NCBI GenBank assembly: GCA_958422985.1
Contig: CATZPY010000002.1
Span: forward strand, 18,656 to 82,655
DNA: 64,000 nt
Direction of reading: 5' to 3'
Origin: an uncultured Clostridium sp.
GTDB lineage: Bacteria; Bacillota; Clostridia; TANB77; CAG-508
The translations under genes were made by a program, and so were the position numbers. Below are positions 38,020-48,227 of this stretch, one piece after another (the stretch's first letter is position 1; each line of letters opens with the position of its first letter). The notes beneath the pieces are model-generated. The model worked only from the letters and a program-made list of their open reading frames with translations. It was not told the DNA's origin and did not search any database.

Positions 38020-38048
38020 TAGAGCAGTTTTAAAAAGTAGGTGATGGA

Positions 38049-38348
38049 ATGATTTGTAGAGATGATATAACAAATCTAAAAACAGATATTGATGGAAAGA
38101 TTGGTCAAAAGATTATTGTAAAAGGATCTTTAGGAAGAAGTAGAACTTTCGAGAAGGAAGCCACAATAGAAAAAGCCTATCCAAATATTTTTATAGTAAA
38201 ATATGAGGAAAACGATAGAAATGTAACATATAGTTATACAGATATCTTAACTAGAACTGTAGAGGTTCAAGTATTTGATGGCCAAGAATATAGCCCATTA
38301 ATACCACCAGCAGAAGATAAAAGATTAAGTAAAAAAATAGATTTATAA
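38049..38348 (+). CDS. veg: Veg protein (biofilm/stationary-phase small DNA-binding protein)
   Basis: DIKTDIDGKIGQKIIVKGSLGRSRTFEKEATIEKAYPNIFIVKYEENDRNVTYSYTDILT matches the Veg family. Confidence 0.9.
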   Translation: MICRDDITNLKTDIDGKIGQKIIVKGSLGRSRTFEKEATIEKAYPNIFIVKYEENDRNVTYSYTDILTRTVEVQVFDGQEYSPLIPPAEDKRLSKKIDL

Positions 38349-38439
38349 TATTTTGCTTAAATATAGATGAAAATTCCTAGAAATAGGAATTTTTTTTTGC
38401 CTTATTCATATAAATATAAAAAAGAAAAGGAGGTAAAAA

Positions 38440-39984
38440 ATGAGTATAGAAGTTTTACAAGACAACTTATGTGTAAATAGACTTATAGAAGGGAAAAAGA
38501 AGGAAATTACATTAGAAAGTTCTATAATAGTTCCAGATATAAAGCCAGATATTGTAAAACCAATAGATTTAAGTGGAAATGTTTGTATATATAAAAAAGA
38601 AATGATAAATGGAAAGATTAAAATAGATGGTACAATAGATAGCAATATTATATATTTGGCAGATAGTGGAGATGAAACAATAAGAGGTCTTAATAGTAAT
38701 ATAGATTTTTCGGAATTTTTGGATGTAGAAAGTAAAGTAGAAGAGGCAGATATAGATGTTAATATAGTTTTAAAAAATATGGAATGTGATGTTTTAAATG
38801 GAAGAAAAATTAATTTGAAGGCTATCATAGAGGTAAATGTAAGAATATACTCTAACAATGGAGTGAGTATATTAAAAGAAATAAAAGGAGTTAAAGGAAT
38901 ACAAAAACTTAATAAAATAGTTCAATTAAATTCTATGGTAGGGAAAAATACTACAAATGCAAATGCTAAAGAAAATATAATATTAAATTCGGAAGAAAAA
39001 ATTTTAGAAATTCTAAAAAAAGAAGTAAGAATAATAAATAAAGATTTCAAAATTAGTTATAATAAAATTGTAGCTAAATCCGAACTTAGTGTAAAAATAT
39101 TGTATTTAACAGAAGAAGGAAAAATAAGTTATGTAGAAAAAGTAATTCCTATTATGGGATTTATAGATATGGAGAATATAACAGAAGAAAATATATGTGA
39201 ATTAAAATATTGTATAAAAAACATTTTAATAAAACTAAATAATACAGAAGAAAATTCGATATATTTAGAAGTAGAAACAGAAATTAGTTGCTATTCATAC
39301 CAAACTAAAGATATAGAACTAATACAAGATGTATTTACGCCATTTTCTAATATAGAATATAAACAAAAAACTATAAAAGCAATGGTAGGATTGCAAAATA
39401 TAAGTGATAATTATGTAATGAAGGAGCAAATTACAAATTCAGAAATTAGTAATGGAAGAGTTTATAATGTTAGTACAAATGCAAATATAAATAACATAAA
39501 AATACTTGGTAGTAAAGCTATTTACGAAGGAGAGGCAATTGTAAATATTTTATACGAAAGTGTAGAAACTACACAAATAGATAAAAAAGAATTTAGATTT
39601 CCAATTAATTACGAAATAAATATATTAGAAGGAATGAAAGAAGAAAACTTAGACATTATTGTTGATGTGGAAAAGTGTGATATTCTAGCAGAAAATGAAA
39701 ATGTTGGCCTTAACATAGGATTAAATATTAATACAAAAATGTTTAAAACGATAGAGCTTAATATTATAGATGAACTGGAAGAAAAGGAATTAGAAGAAAA
39801 AGAAGAACATAGCATAATAATATATTTTGTTAAAGCTGGAGATACATTATGGAATATTGCTAAAAGATATAAGAGCACAGTAGAAAATATAAAACAAATT
39901 AATAATATAGAAGATGAGGATAAAATAGAGGTAAACCAACAACTATTTATACCTAGATATGTAGAAAAAGTTAAGGCCATGTAA
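38440..39984 (+). CDS. DUF3794 (SPOCS)-repeat protein with a C-terminal LysM domain (SipL-like spore morphogenetic protein)
   Basis: C-terminal LysM (IIIYFVKAGDTLWNIAKRYKSTVENIKQINNI). Length and architecture match clostridial SipL. It is not adjacent to spoIVA. Confidence 0.55.
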   Translation: MSIEVLQDNLCVNRLIEGKKKEITLESSIIVPDIKPDIVKPIDLSGNVCIYKKEMINGKIKIDGTIDSNIIYLADSGDETIRGLNSNIDFSEFLDVESKVEEADIDVNIVLKNMECDVLNGRKINLKAIIEVNVRIYSNNGVSILKEIKGVKGIQKLNKIVQLNSMVGKNTTNANAKENIILNSEEKILEILKKEVRIINKDFKISYNKIVAKSELSVKILYLTEEGKISYVEKVIPIMGFIDMENITEENICELKYCIKNILIKLNNTEENSIYLEVETEISCYSYQTKDIELIQDVFTPFSNIEYKQKTIKAMVGLQNISDNYVMKEQITNSEISNGRVYNVSTNANINNIKILGSKAIYEGEAIVNILYESVETTQIDKKEFRFPINYEINILEGMKEENLDIIVDVEKCDILAENENVGLNIGLNINTKMFKTIELNIIDELEEKELEEKEEHSIIIYFVKAGDTLWNIAKRYKSTVENIKQINNIEDEDKIEVNQQLFIPRYVEKVKAM

Positions 39985-39985
39985 T

Positions 39986-40642
39986 ATGGAAAAAATATAT
40001 TCTAGAAAAAAGATAAATTTATCTAAAGAGTATAAGTTAGTTCTTGCAGTTCTAATAACAGCGATACTTACAGTATGTTATTTAGTAAAGACAATTGGAC
40101 CTACATTTAACCAATTATGTTTAAATGAAGCGAAGTCTGTAGCAACCAAAATAGTACACGAAACAATAGACGAAGTTATGGAAAAATATGGCTATAATGA
40201 TTTAGTTACATTAGTAAAAGATAAAGAAGGAAAAATAGTTTCGATGCAGGCAAACATTGCAATAATAAATAAAATTATTTCACAAATTTCTCTAAAAATA
40301 CAAGATAAAATAGATAATACACCCAATAGGGATATATATATAAGATTAGGCTCTTTTACAGGAATTAAATTATTATCGGGAAGAGGTCCAAAAGTTCCAA
40401 TTAGAATATCTAGTATAGGTAATATAAAAACAGAAGTTATGAGCGAGTTTACATCTACAGGAATAAACCAATCTATACATAGGATTTTTACAAATATAAC
40501 TTGTAAAATAGAAGTATTAACACCATTTAATACTATAAGTAATGAAATAGAAGAAAAAATAATATTAGCAGAAAATGTGATTATAGGAAATATACCAGAA
40601 AACTATTTAGATATTGGAAAATTATTAGGTGAAAATAATTAG
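39986..40642 (+). CDS. yunB: sporulation protein YunB
   Basis: N-terminal TM helix and a YunB-family core (IRLGSFTGIKLLSGRGPKVPIRI...). It starts 2 nt after the preceding gene. Confidence 0.7.
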   Translation: MEKIYSRKKINLSKEYKLVLAVLITAILTVCYLVKTIGPTFNQLCLNEAKSVATKIVHETIDEVMEKYGYNDLVTLVKDKEGKIVSMQANIAIINKIISQISLKIQDKIDNTPNRDIYIRLGSFTGIKLLSGRGPKVPIRISSIGNIKTEVMSEFTSTGINQSIHRIFTNITCKIEVLTPFNTISNEIEEKIILAENVIIGNIPENYLDIGKLLGENN

Positions 40643-40781
40643 TTAACATATTAAATTTCAAAAAAATTTCAAAAAAACTCCACAAAAGGCGAAAAAAGTG
40701 TTATAATGAGGTCGAAGTGTTATATTTTATAAAATGCCTAGTAATATATTATTGAAATATAAAAAATAAAGGAGATAATAT

Positions 40782-41729
40782 ATGGATAAATTAAATGTTA
40801 AGAACTTAATTAATATTAAAGTAATTGGAATCGGTGGAGCTGGTAACAATGCTGTTAATAGAATGATCGAAGATGGAATCGAGGGTGTAGAATTTTATGA
40901 GTTTAACACAGAAGTAAAAGTTCTCGAAAAATCAAAAACAAAAAATGTTATGCAAATCGGGAAAGAAATTACAAAAGGATTAGGTGCTGGAGGAGATGTA
41001 TCCATAGGTGAAAGAGCTGCAATGGAAAGCAGGGAAGAAATCAAAAATATATTACAAGGTACAGATTTATTGTTCCTAACAGCTGGAATGGGTGGAGGAA
41101 CAGGAACAGGTGCAATTCCTACAATAGCACAATTTGCAAAAGAGATGGGAATCTTAACAGTAGGTATAGTTTCTAGACCATTTTCTTTTGAAGGAAAAAT
41201 ACGAATGGCAAGAGCACAAAGAGGAATAGATGAATTACGTGAAAACGTAAATTCATTAATAGTTGTTTTAAACGACAACTTATTAAAAGGAAACAGTAGG
41301 CTTACACTACAAAATGCCTTTAAAGAAGTAGACTTAGTTCTAGAAAAGGGAATAAAAGGTATAACAGACCAAATTGCAACACCAGGCTTAGTAAACATAG
41401 ACTTTGCAGATATTAGAACAATTATAGGCTACAAAGGAAATGCTTACATGGGTATTGGTAGAGGCAAAGGTGAACACAGAAACGAAGTTGCAGTAAAAGA
41501 AGCAATAGGAAATCCTTTAACAGAAACAATGATACAAAATGCTAAAGGAGTAATTGTAAACATAGCAGGAAGTGCAGAAATGCCTTTAGACGAGATAAAT
41601 GCAATAATGACAGTAATAGGAGATAGAGTAGACAATCCAGAAGCAAATATAATTTTTGGAACAATTATAGACGATTCTTTACAAGACGAAATAATAATTA
41701 CAGTTATAGCAACAGGAATCGGGATGTAA
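40782..41729 (+). CDS. FtsZ paralog: tubulin/FtsZ GTPase core only, no C-terminal linker or conserved tail
   Basis: GGAGNN, GGGTGTG and T7-loop NIDFAD motifs are present. The protein ends ...ITVIATGIGM, at the end of the globular core. 315 aa. Confidence 0.85.
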   Translation: MDKLNVKNLINIKVIGIGGAGNNAVNRMIEDGIEGVEFYEFNTEVKVLEKSKTKNVMQIGKEITKGLGAGGDVSIGERAAMESREEIKNILQGTDLLFLTAGMGGGTGTGAIPTIAQFAKEMGILTVGIVSRPFSFEGKIRMARAQRGIDELRENVNSLIVVLNDNLLKGNSRLTLQNAFKEVDLVLEKGIKGITDQIATPGLVNIDFADIRTIIGYKGNAYMGIGRGKGEHRNEVAVKEAIGNPLTETMIQNAKGVIVNIAGSAEMPLDEINAIMTVIGDRVDNPEANIIFGTIIDDSLQDEIIITVIATGIGM

Positions 41730-41747
41730 CCAATACTCGGGATTGGG

Positions 41748-41798
41748 AACTGCGTATCGGAATCTAGGGACAGTCATAAAAATTCCGGTTTAAAACAC
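41748..41798. repeat. GC-rich repeat member CGGGATTGGGAAC...CGGAATCTAGGGACAGTC...ATTCCGG
   Basis: It shares the CGGGATT / GGGAC.GTC / CCGG modules with 1683-1712 and 20333-20364. A terminator hairpin follows at 41783-41825. Confidence 0.6.
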
Positions 41799-41868
41799 CA
41801 AATGTTTTTACATTAAGGTGTTTTTTTTTGCCTAAATATGATAATATTAACACATATGAGGTGAGCAA

Positions 41869-44800
41869 ATGAGTTTAAAATTAATATATGGAAAATCGGG
41901 TTCTGGTAAAAGTGAATATTGCTTTAAAGAAATTGCTAAAAATATAAATAAAGAAAAGATATATTTAATTGTGCCAAACCAAATGGCATTAATGGCTGAG
42001 AAAAAGTTAATGGAAATTACAAATAACATGAGCCTAATAAATACAGAAGTAATTACATTTAACAGAATGGCTTTTAGAGTAAGAAATGAAATAGGTGGAG
42101 CTAAAAAAACTAACTTAAGTAAAAGCGGAAAAGCAATGTTACTTTACGATATTTTGTGCAAACAAAAAGATTCGCTAAATTTTTTAGGAAAAAGTTCTGA
42201 AAATGTAGATATAATAGGTAATTCCATAACAGAATTTAAGAAACATAGAATAGATATAAATAAATTAAGAGAAGAATGTAATACTACCCAAGATATGTAT
42301 TTAAAGTTAAAACTAAATGACATGATTACAATGTACGAAGAATTTGAAAGAAGTATTCAAAACAGATTTTTAGATGACAATGATGTTTTAGATATTTTAA
42401 ACAATCAAATAGTAGAAAGTAATCAATTTAAAGATGCAATAATATACATAGACGAATTTGTAGGTTTTACAACTCAGGAATATCAAATAATAGCAAAATT
42501 ACTGCAAATTGCAAAGCAAGTAAATATTACGATTTGCACAGATAATTTAATACAAAATGAAGAACTAGACAAAGATATTTTTTATGCAAGTAAAAATACA
42601 GGAATAAAGTTAATTAATATTGCAAAAGAATATGGTATAGAAATTGAAGATGATGTAAAACTTATAAATTTATATAGGTTTAAAAATGGAGAACTTAAAC
42701 ATTTAGAAGAAAATTTTTATAAAATACCTTACAAAAAATACGAGGAAGAGCCAAAAAATATAAAAATGTTTTTAGCTAACAATCAATATAGCGAAATAGA
42801 ACATATAGCAACTCAAATAGTCAAACTAGTTAGAAATGAGGAATATAGGTATAAAGACATATCTGTTATAACTAAAAACTTAAGTATATATTCTAGTTTG
42901 ATAAAAGTTATATTTAGCAATTATAATATTCCAGTGTTTATAGACGAAAAAAGAGAGCTAAGTGAAAATATAATAGTTAAATTTTTAATTTCGGTTCTAG
43001 AAATATGCAATAAAAATTGGTCATATGAATCTGTATTTAATTATTTAAAAACAGGATTTGTAAACATAGAACGAGAAGAAATATTTAAACTAGAAAATTA
43101 TTGTATAAGATGGGGAATAAAAGGAAACAAGTGGTATAAAGAAGATTGGAATTATGTAGGAAAAGATGAGTATACAAAAGAAGAAGTAGATAGATTAAAC
43201 GAACTAAGAAGAATAATAGTAAAACCAATAAGAAATTTACAAGAAAAAGCAAAAAAAGATAACACATTCTTAAATTTAACTAAAATTTTATATGAGTTTT
43301 TACAAGAAATGAAACTGGAAGAAACTATAAAATTAAAAATAAATAAATTAGAAGAAAAAGGATTTATAGAACTTGCAAATGAATACGAAACTAGTTTTAA
43401 AGTTTTAATAGAGTTATTTGATGAAATTGTGTTAGTATTTGGAGAAGAAAAAACCAATTTTGATAAATATATAAGCACCTTAAAAATAGGATTAAAAAAT
43501 ACAGGGCTTGGCAAAATTCCAGCAACGCAAGATGAAGTAATTGTTGGTGATGTTAGTAGATCTAGAAGCCATAAAGTTAAAGCTGTATTTATTATAGGAA
43601 TAAATGATGGGGAATTCCCAAGTGTATATAAAGATGAAGGATTTTTTAACGATAAAGATAGAGAATATTTAAAAGAGCAAGGTTTTGAACTTGCCAATGG
43701 AAGCTTAGAAAACTTATACGAAGAAAATTTTAATATATATAAAGCTTTTACAGTTGCAGAAGAAAAGTTGTTTTTATCTTATGCTTCATCAGATAATGAA
43801 GGAAGAACATTAAGACCATCAATTTTAATAACAAAGATGAAAAAGATATATCCAAACTTGCAAGAAACAAGTGACATAATAAGCCAAGAAAAAGAAATTA
43901 TTACTAAGAATAATACATTTGACAACTTAATAGAAAAACTAAATGATTATCAAGAAGGAAAAGATATAGAAGACATATGGTTTGATGTTTTAGATTATTA
44001 TGAAAACGATGTATTATGGAAAAGTAGGCTTTTAAAAAGTTTAGAGGGAATTACTTATACAAATATTCCAGAAAAAATAAAGCCAGAGTTTGTGAAGAAA
44101 TTATATGGAGAAACTTTACATACAACAATTTCTAGATTAGAGAGATACAGAAGTTGTCCATTTTCTTTTTACTTAGAATATGGATTAAAATTAAAGGAAA
44201 AGAAATCTTTAAAATTAGACCCAATAGATACAGGTTCGTTTATGCATGAGGTTATAGATACATTTTTTGAGAAAGTGGCTAGTAAAAAAATTTCGATACA
44301 AGAAATTGAAAATGCAGATATAGAAAAAATTGTAAAACAAATAGTAGAAGAAAAATTAAATTTAACATCTAATTACATTTTTAAAAGTATTCCAAAGTTT
44401 ATTACTCTTACAAATAGACTATGTAGATTGGTGACGCTTTCTATAATATATATTGTGCAAGGGCTAAAAAATACCGACTTTGAAGTAGTAGGAAACGAAA
44501 TAGAGTTTAAAAATGGTAAAGAATATAGACCTATAGAAATTGTTACAAAAGATGGCAGAAAAGTAGAAATAACAGGAAAAATAGACAGAATAGATTTAGC
44601 AAAAGACGAAACAGGAAAATATATTAGAATAATAGATTATAAATCTTCTGCAAAAGATATAAATTTAAATGAAGTATTAGCAGGATTACAATTACAGTTA
44701 ATTACTTATTTAGATGCAGTATGCCAAGACAAAGATTTGATACCAGCAGGAATATTGTATTTTGGACTAGTAGAACCTAAAATAGATAAAGGAAAAAGAG

Positions 44801-45249
44801 CTAAAGATATAACAGAAGAGGAAATAGAGCAAAAAATAAGAGAACATTTTAGAATGAATGGATTAGTTTTAGCAGAAATGAATATTATAAATATGATGGA
44901 TAATAAACTAAAAGACGGAGAAAAGTCAGACGTAATTCCTGTAAAAATAAAGAAAGATGGAACTATGGACAAAACTTCTAAAGTAGTTTCTAGAAAAGAA
45001 TTCGAGATTTTACAAAAATATGTAAAAAGTACTTTAGCTCAAATTTCTAACGAGATTTTAGATGGAAATATCGACATAAAACCATACTATAATGTTAAAA
45101 CTAAAAGAAAACCCTGCGAATATTGTAAATATAATTCGATATGCAATTTTAAAAAAGGTTTTTATGGAAATGACTATAATTATATAGATAATATGGAAAA
45201 AGAATATATACTAGAATGTATGAAAGGAGATATTAATGAATCTAAGTAA
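41869..45249 (+). CDS. addB: ATP-dependent helicase/nuclease AddAB, subunit B
   Basis: N-terminal Walker A GKSGSGKS. C-terminal PD-(D/E)XK nuclease with the Fe-S cysteines (SCPF...; CEYCKYNSIC). 1126 aa. Confidence 0.9.
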   Translation: MSLKLIYGKSGSGKSEYCFKEIAKNINKEKIYLIVPNQMALMAEKKLMEITNNMSLINTEVITFNRMAFRVRNEIGGAKKTNLSKSGKAMLLYDILCKQKDSLNFLGKSSENVDIIGNSITEFKKHRIDINKLREECNTTQDMYLKLKLNDMITMYEEFERSIQNRFLDDNDVLDILNNQIVESNQFKDAIIYIDEFVGFTTQEYQIIAKLLQIAKQVNITICTDNLIQNEELDKDIFYASKNTGIKLINIAKEYGIEIEDDVKLINLYRFKNGELKHLEENFYKIPYKKYEEEPKNIKMFLANNQYSEIEHIATQIVKLVRNEEYRYKDISVITKNLSIYSSLIKVIFSNYNIPVFIDEKRELSENIIVKFLISVLEICNKNWSYESVFNYLKTGFVNIEREEIFKLENYCIRWGIKGNKWYKEDWNYVGKDEYTKEEVDRLNELRRIIVKPIRNLQEKAKKDNTFLNLTKILYEFLQEMKLEETIKLKINKLEEKGFIELANEYETSFKVLIELFDEIVLVFGEEKTNFDKYISTLKIGLKNTGLGKIPATQDEVIVGDVSRSRSHKVKAVFIIGINDGEFPSVYKDEGFFNDKDREYLKEQGFELANGSLENLYEENFNIYKAFTVAEEKLFLSYASSDNEGRTLRPSILITKMKKIYPNLQETSDIISQEKEIITKNNTFDNLIEKLNDYQEGKDIEDIWFDVLDYYENDVLWKSRLLKSLEGITYTNIPEKIKPEFVKKLYGETLHTTISRLERYRSCPFSFYLEYGLKLKEKKSLKLDPIDTGSFMHEVIDTFFEKVASKKISIQEIENADIEKIVKQIVEEKLNLTSNYIFKSIPKFITLTNRLCRLVTLSIIYIVQGLKNTDFEVVGNEIEFKNGKEYRPIEIVTKDGRKVEITGKIDRIDLAKDETGKYIRIIDYKSSAKDINLNEVLAGLQLQLITYLDAVCQDKDLIPAGILYFGLVEPKIDKGKRAKDITEEEIEQKIREHFRMNGLVLAEMNIINMMDNKLKDGEKSDVIPVKIKKDGTMDKTSKVVSRKEFEILQKYVKSTLAQISNEILDGNIDIKPYYNVKTKRKPCEYCKYNSICNFKKGFYGNDYNYIDNMEKEYILECMKGDINESK

Positions 45250-46114
45250 TGAAAATGTTATTCATTTTAAAGATGGTGATGTAGAATATTTACAATTTAG
45301 AGAATTACTAAAGTATTCTGATAAAATACAACACGCATATTCGTTAAAACCTTTACAATTTAGCGATAATAACGAAGAAGCATCAGAAAATTATAGAAAG
45401 ATATGTAAATCATTAAAAATAGATTCTAATAAAATAATAAAATCTACGCAAAAACACACAGATGTTGTACAAAATATAACAGAATTTACAAATGAAGAGT
45501 TTGAATTTGTAGATGGATTTGTAACAAATAAAACGGAAATACCATTAGTTACTAAATATGCAGATTGTACACCAATAATTTTTTATGATAAAATAAAAAA
45601 CGTAATAGGAAATGTTCATTCTGGTTGGAGAGGTACATTGAAAAAGATAAGCCAAAAAGCAGTTATAATGATGAAAGAAAAATATGGGTGTAACCCAGAA
45701 GACATTATAGTGTGCATAGGGCCATGTATAAAGCAATGCCATTTCGAAGTAGAAGAAGATTTTATACAAAAATTTAAAGAAGAATTTGGAAATATAGAAA
45801 AATACTATAAAAAAGGTAAGACTACAAAAAATGAAAATATAGAAGAATACCATAAAAAAAGTAAAAATTTAAAAAATGAAAATTCGGAAGAAAAATTAAA
45901 TAGCAATTTAGAAAATGAAAAAGTAGTAGAGAAGCAAAAATATTATTTTGATACAACAAAATTAATAATAGACTATTTAATGGAAATAGGAATAGAAAAA
46001 GAAAATATATTTGATAGCAATATCTGCAGTGTATGCAATTCGAACGAAATGCACTCATATAGAGCAGAAAAAGAATTAGCGGATAGAAATATGAATATAA
46101 TAGAGCTTTTGTAA
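45236..46114 (+). CDS. pgeF: YfiH/PgeF (DUF152) family purine nucleoside phosphorylase / laccase-domain protein with a Lys/Glu/Asn-rich insertion
   Basis: HSGWRG and CIGPCIKQCHFEV motifs, and a C-terminal C..C pair (CSVCNSNEMHSYR). There is an insertion of about 45 aa (KKGKTTKNENIEEYHKKSKNLKNENSEEKLNSNLENEKV). It overlaps the addB stop by 14 nt. Confidence 0.7.
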   Translation: MNLSNENVIHFKDGDVEYLQFRELLKYSDKIQHAYSLKPLQFSDNNEEASENYRKICKSLKIDSNKIIKSTQKHTDVVQNITEFTNEEFEFVDGFVTNKTEIPLVTKYADCTPIIFYDKIKNVIGNVHSGWRGTLKKISQKAVIMMKEKYGCNPEDIIVCIGPCIKQCHFEVEEDFIQKFKEEFGNIEKYYKKGKTTKNENIEEYHKKSKNLKNENSEEKLNSNLENEKVVEKQKYYFDTTKLIIDYLMEIGIEKENIFDSNICSVCNSNEMHSYRAEKELADRNMNIIELL

Positions 46115-46132
46115 GCATAGGAAGGAGAAATT

Positions 46133-47050
46133 ATGATACCAAATAAATTAGAAAAAGGGGATACTTTAGGAATAATTGCACCATCAGATAATGTTACAGA
46201 GCAAAATTTAGAAGAATTTAATAATTCGATTTTGTTAATGGAGCAAGCTGGATATAACATAAAGATAGGCAAAAATGTTTTTTCTAATGAAACAGGTTAT
46301 GGAGCAACAGCAAGGCAAAAAGCAGATGATTTAAATAGGATGTTTGCAGATAAAGATGTAAACATGGTTTGGTGTGCTAAAGGTGGTTATAATTCAAATT
46401 CTATCTTTGATTTAATTGATTATGAACTAATAAAAAATAATCCTAAAATATTATGTGGGTATAGTGACACGACTGCTATAGCTAATATAATTTATGAAAA
46501 AACGGGTTTAGTTACATTTTCTGGACAAACATTTAAAGGGCTATCTTCATGTGAAACTGAATATTGCTATAATGAAATTATAAAAAGATTTCAAAATGCA
46601 GACTTAGAACTTGGAAATAATACTGATAAATATAATGTAATACAAAAAGGTAAAGCAGAAGGTGTTATGATTGGTGGAAACTTAAATATATTTTCTAATT
46701 TAATAACAGGGAAATATAATATGAACATTAAAGATAAAATTTTATTTTTAGAAGAATTTCCACTAGAGTCACCACCAGAAGCTGTTAGTTCATATTTTTA
46801 TAGAATGAAGCAAAATAATGTGTTTAGCCAAATTAAAGGAATATGGTTTGGTGGATATGAACATGAATCTGAAATAACACTTTCTAAAATATTAGAAGAT
46901 ACAATAGGAAATGAATATGATTTTCCAATAATACAATCAAGCAATTTTGGACATATAGATAAAAAAACAGTGATACCAATTGGGACAAAAGTAAGAATAG
47001 ATACAGAAGACGAAGTAAAAATAAGATTATTAGAAAAATGTGTAAAATAG
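46133..47050 (+). CDS. LD-carboxypeptidase (peptidase S66; LdcA / microcin C7 immunity MccF-like)
   Basis: S66-family segments around the predicted catalytic Ser ([11 protein letters not shown]; [11 protein letters not shown]). Confidence 0.8.
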   Translation: MIPNKLEKGDTLGIIAPSDNVTEQNLEEFNNSILLMEQAGYNIKIGKNVFSNETGYGATARQKADDLNRMFADKDVNMVWCAKGGYNSNSIFDLIDYELIKNNPKILCGYSDTTAIANIIYEKTGLVTFSGQTFKGLSSCETEYCYNEIIKRFQNADLELGNNTDKYNVIQKGKAEGVMIGGNLNIFSNLITGKYNMNIKDKILFLEEFPLESPPEAVSSYFYRMKQNNVFSQIKGIWFGGYEHESEITLSKILEDTIGNEYDFPIIQSSNFGHIDKKTVIPIGTKVRIDTEDEVKIRLLEKCVK

Positions 47051-47068
47051 CATAAAGAGGTGTAAAAA

Positions 47069-47641
47069 TTGTACGATAATTGGGAAGACCTAGAAAAATC
47101 AATAATAGGTTGTAAAAAATGTAAGTTATGTAACAATAGAACAAACATTGTATTTGCAGAAGGAAATAAAAATGCTAATGTAATGTTTATAGGTGAAGGA
47201 CCAGGAGCAGACGAAGATAAGCAAGGAATACCATTTGTAGGAAAAGCAGGTCAGCTAATGAATAAGGCATTTGAAGGATTGGGAATAAACAGAAAGAAAA
47301 TATATATAGCCAATATAGTAAAATGTAGACCACCTAACAATAGAGTACCAGAAGCGGACGAAACACAAGCGTGTTTAAATTATTTAAGAAATCAAGTAAT
47401 ATTGGTAAAACCGCAAATAATAGTACTAATGGGAAGTACAGCACTTCAGAACATATTAGGAAAAGAATATAAAATAACAGTATCAAGAGGACATTGGATA
47501 GAAAAAAGAGGAATAATGTATATGCCAACATGGCACCCAGCGGCACTTTTAAGAGATGAAAACAAAAAAATAGACTTTTGGAAAGACTTAAAAAAAGTAC
47601 TAGAAATGTGTGAAGAACTAAAAACGGAAATCGGAATTTAG
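47069..47641 (+). CDS. uracil-DNA glycosylase, family 4 (TTG start)
   Basis: CKKCKLC 4Fe-4S motif, GEGPGADED and HP(A/S) motifs. RBS AAAGAGGTG. Confidence 0.8.
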   Translation: MYDNWEDLEKSIIGCKKCKLCNNRTNIVFAEGNKNANVMFIGEGPGADEDKQGIPFVGKAGQLMNKAFEGLGINRKKIYIANIVKCRPPNNRVPEADETQACLNYLRNQVILVKPQIIVLMGSTALQNILGKEYKITVSRGHWIEKRGIMYMPTWHPAALLRDENKKIDFWKDLKKVLEMCEELKTEIGI

Positions 47642-47660
47642 TGGAAATTGGAGGAATATT

Positions 47661-48209
47661 ATGGAAAAATATTTTAAAGATATGGATTATGAAAAACTAA
47701 GTGAAGATATAGCTTTTAAAGGGAAAAGAGTTACAGTAAAAATCGAAAGATATTTTAATAAAAGGGATAATAAAGAAATCTATCGTGAACATATAAAATC
47801 CGGAAATGGAGCTGTTATAATGCCTTTTCTAGATGATAATACATTAATTATGATAGAGGAAGTAAGAACTCCTATAGAAAAAAGTATATTAGCATTTCCA
47901 GCAGGTTTAATAGAAGAGGGAGAAAATCCAGAAGAAGCAGCTATAAGAGAATTAGAAGAGGAAACAGGCTATAGAGCAGGAAAAATAGAAGAAATGATAT
48001 ACGAATATCCAGCAGTTGGGTATTCTAACGAAAAAGTATACATATTTAAGGCGAAGAATTTAACAAAAACACAAAGACATTTAGATGCAACAGAAGATAT
48101 AAAGGTACATAAAATTTCTATAGATGAATTAAAAAAATTATACAAAAACGGAGAAATACATTCTTCAGCAGAAATAATAGCTATATTAAGTTATTTTTCA
48201 AATATATAA
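47661..48209 (+). CDS. NUDIX hydrolase (ADP-ribose pyrophosphatase-like)
   Basis: Nudix box GLIEEGENPEEAAIRELEEETGY. Confidence 0.8.
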   Translation: MEKYFKDMDYEKLSEDIAFKGKRVTVKIERYFNKRDNKEIYREHIKSGNGAVIMPFLDDNTLIMIEEVRTPIEKSILAFPAGLIEEGENPEEAAIRELEEETGYRAGKIEEMIYEYPAVGYSNEKVYIFKAKNLTKTQRHLDATEDIKVHKISIDELKKLYKNGEIHSSAEIIAILSYFSNI

Positions 48210-48227
48210 AATTATACAGGAGGAAAA

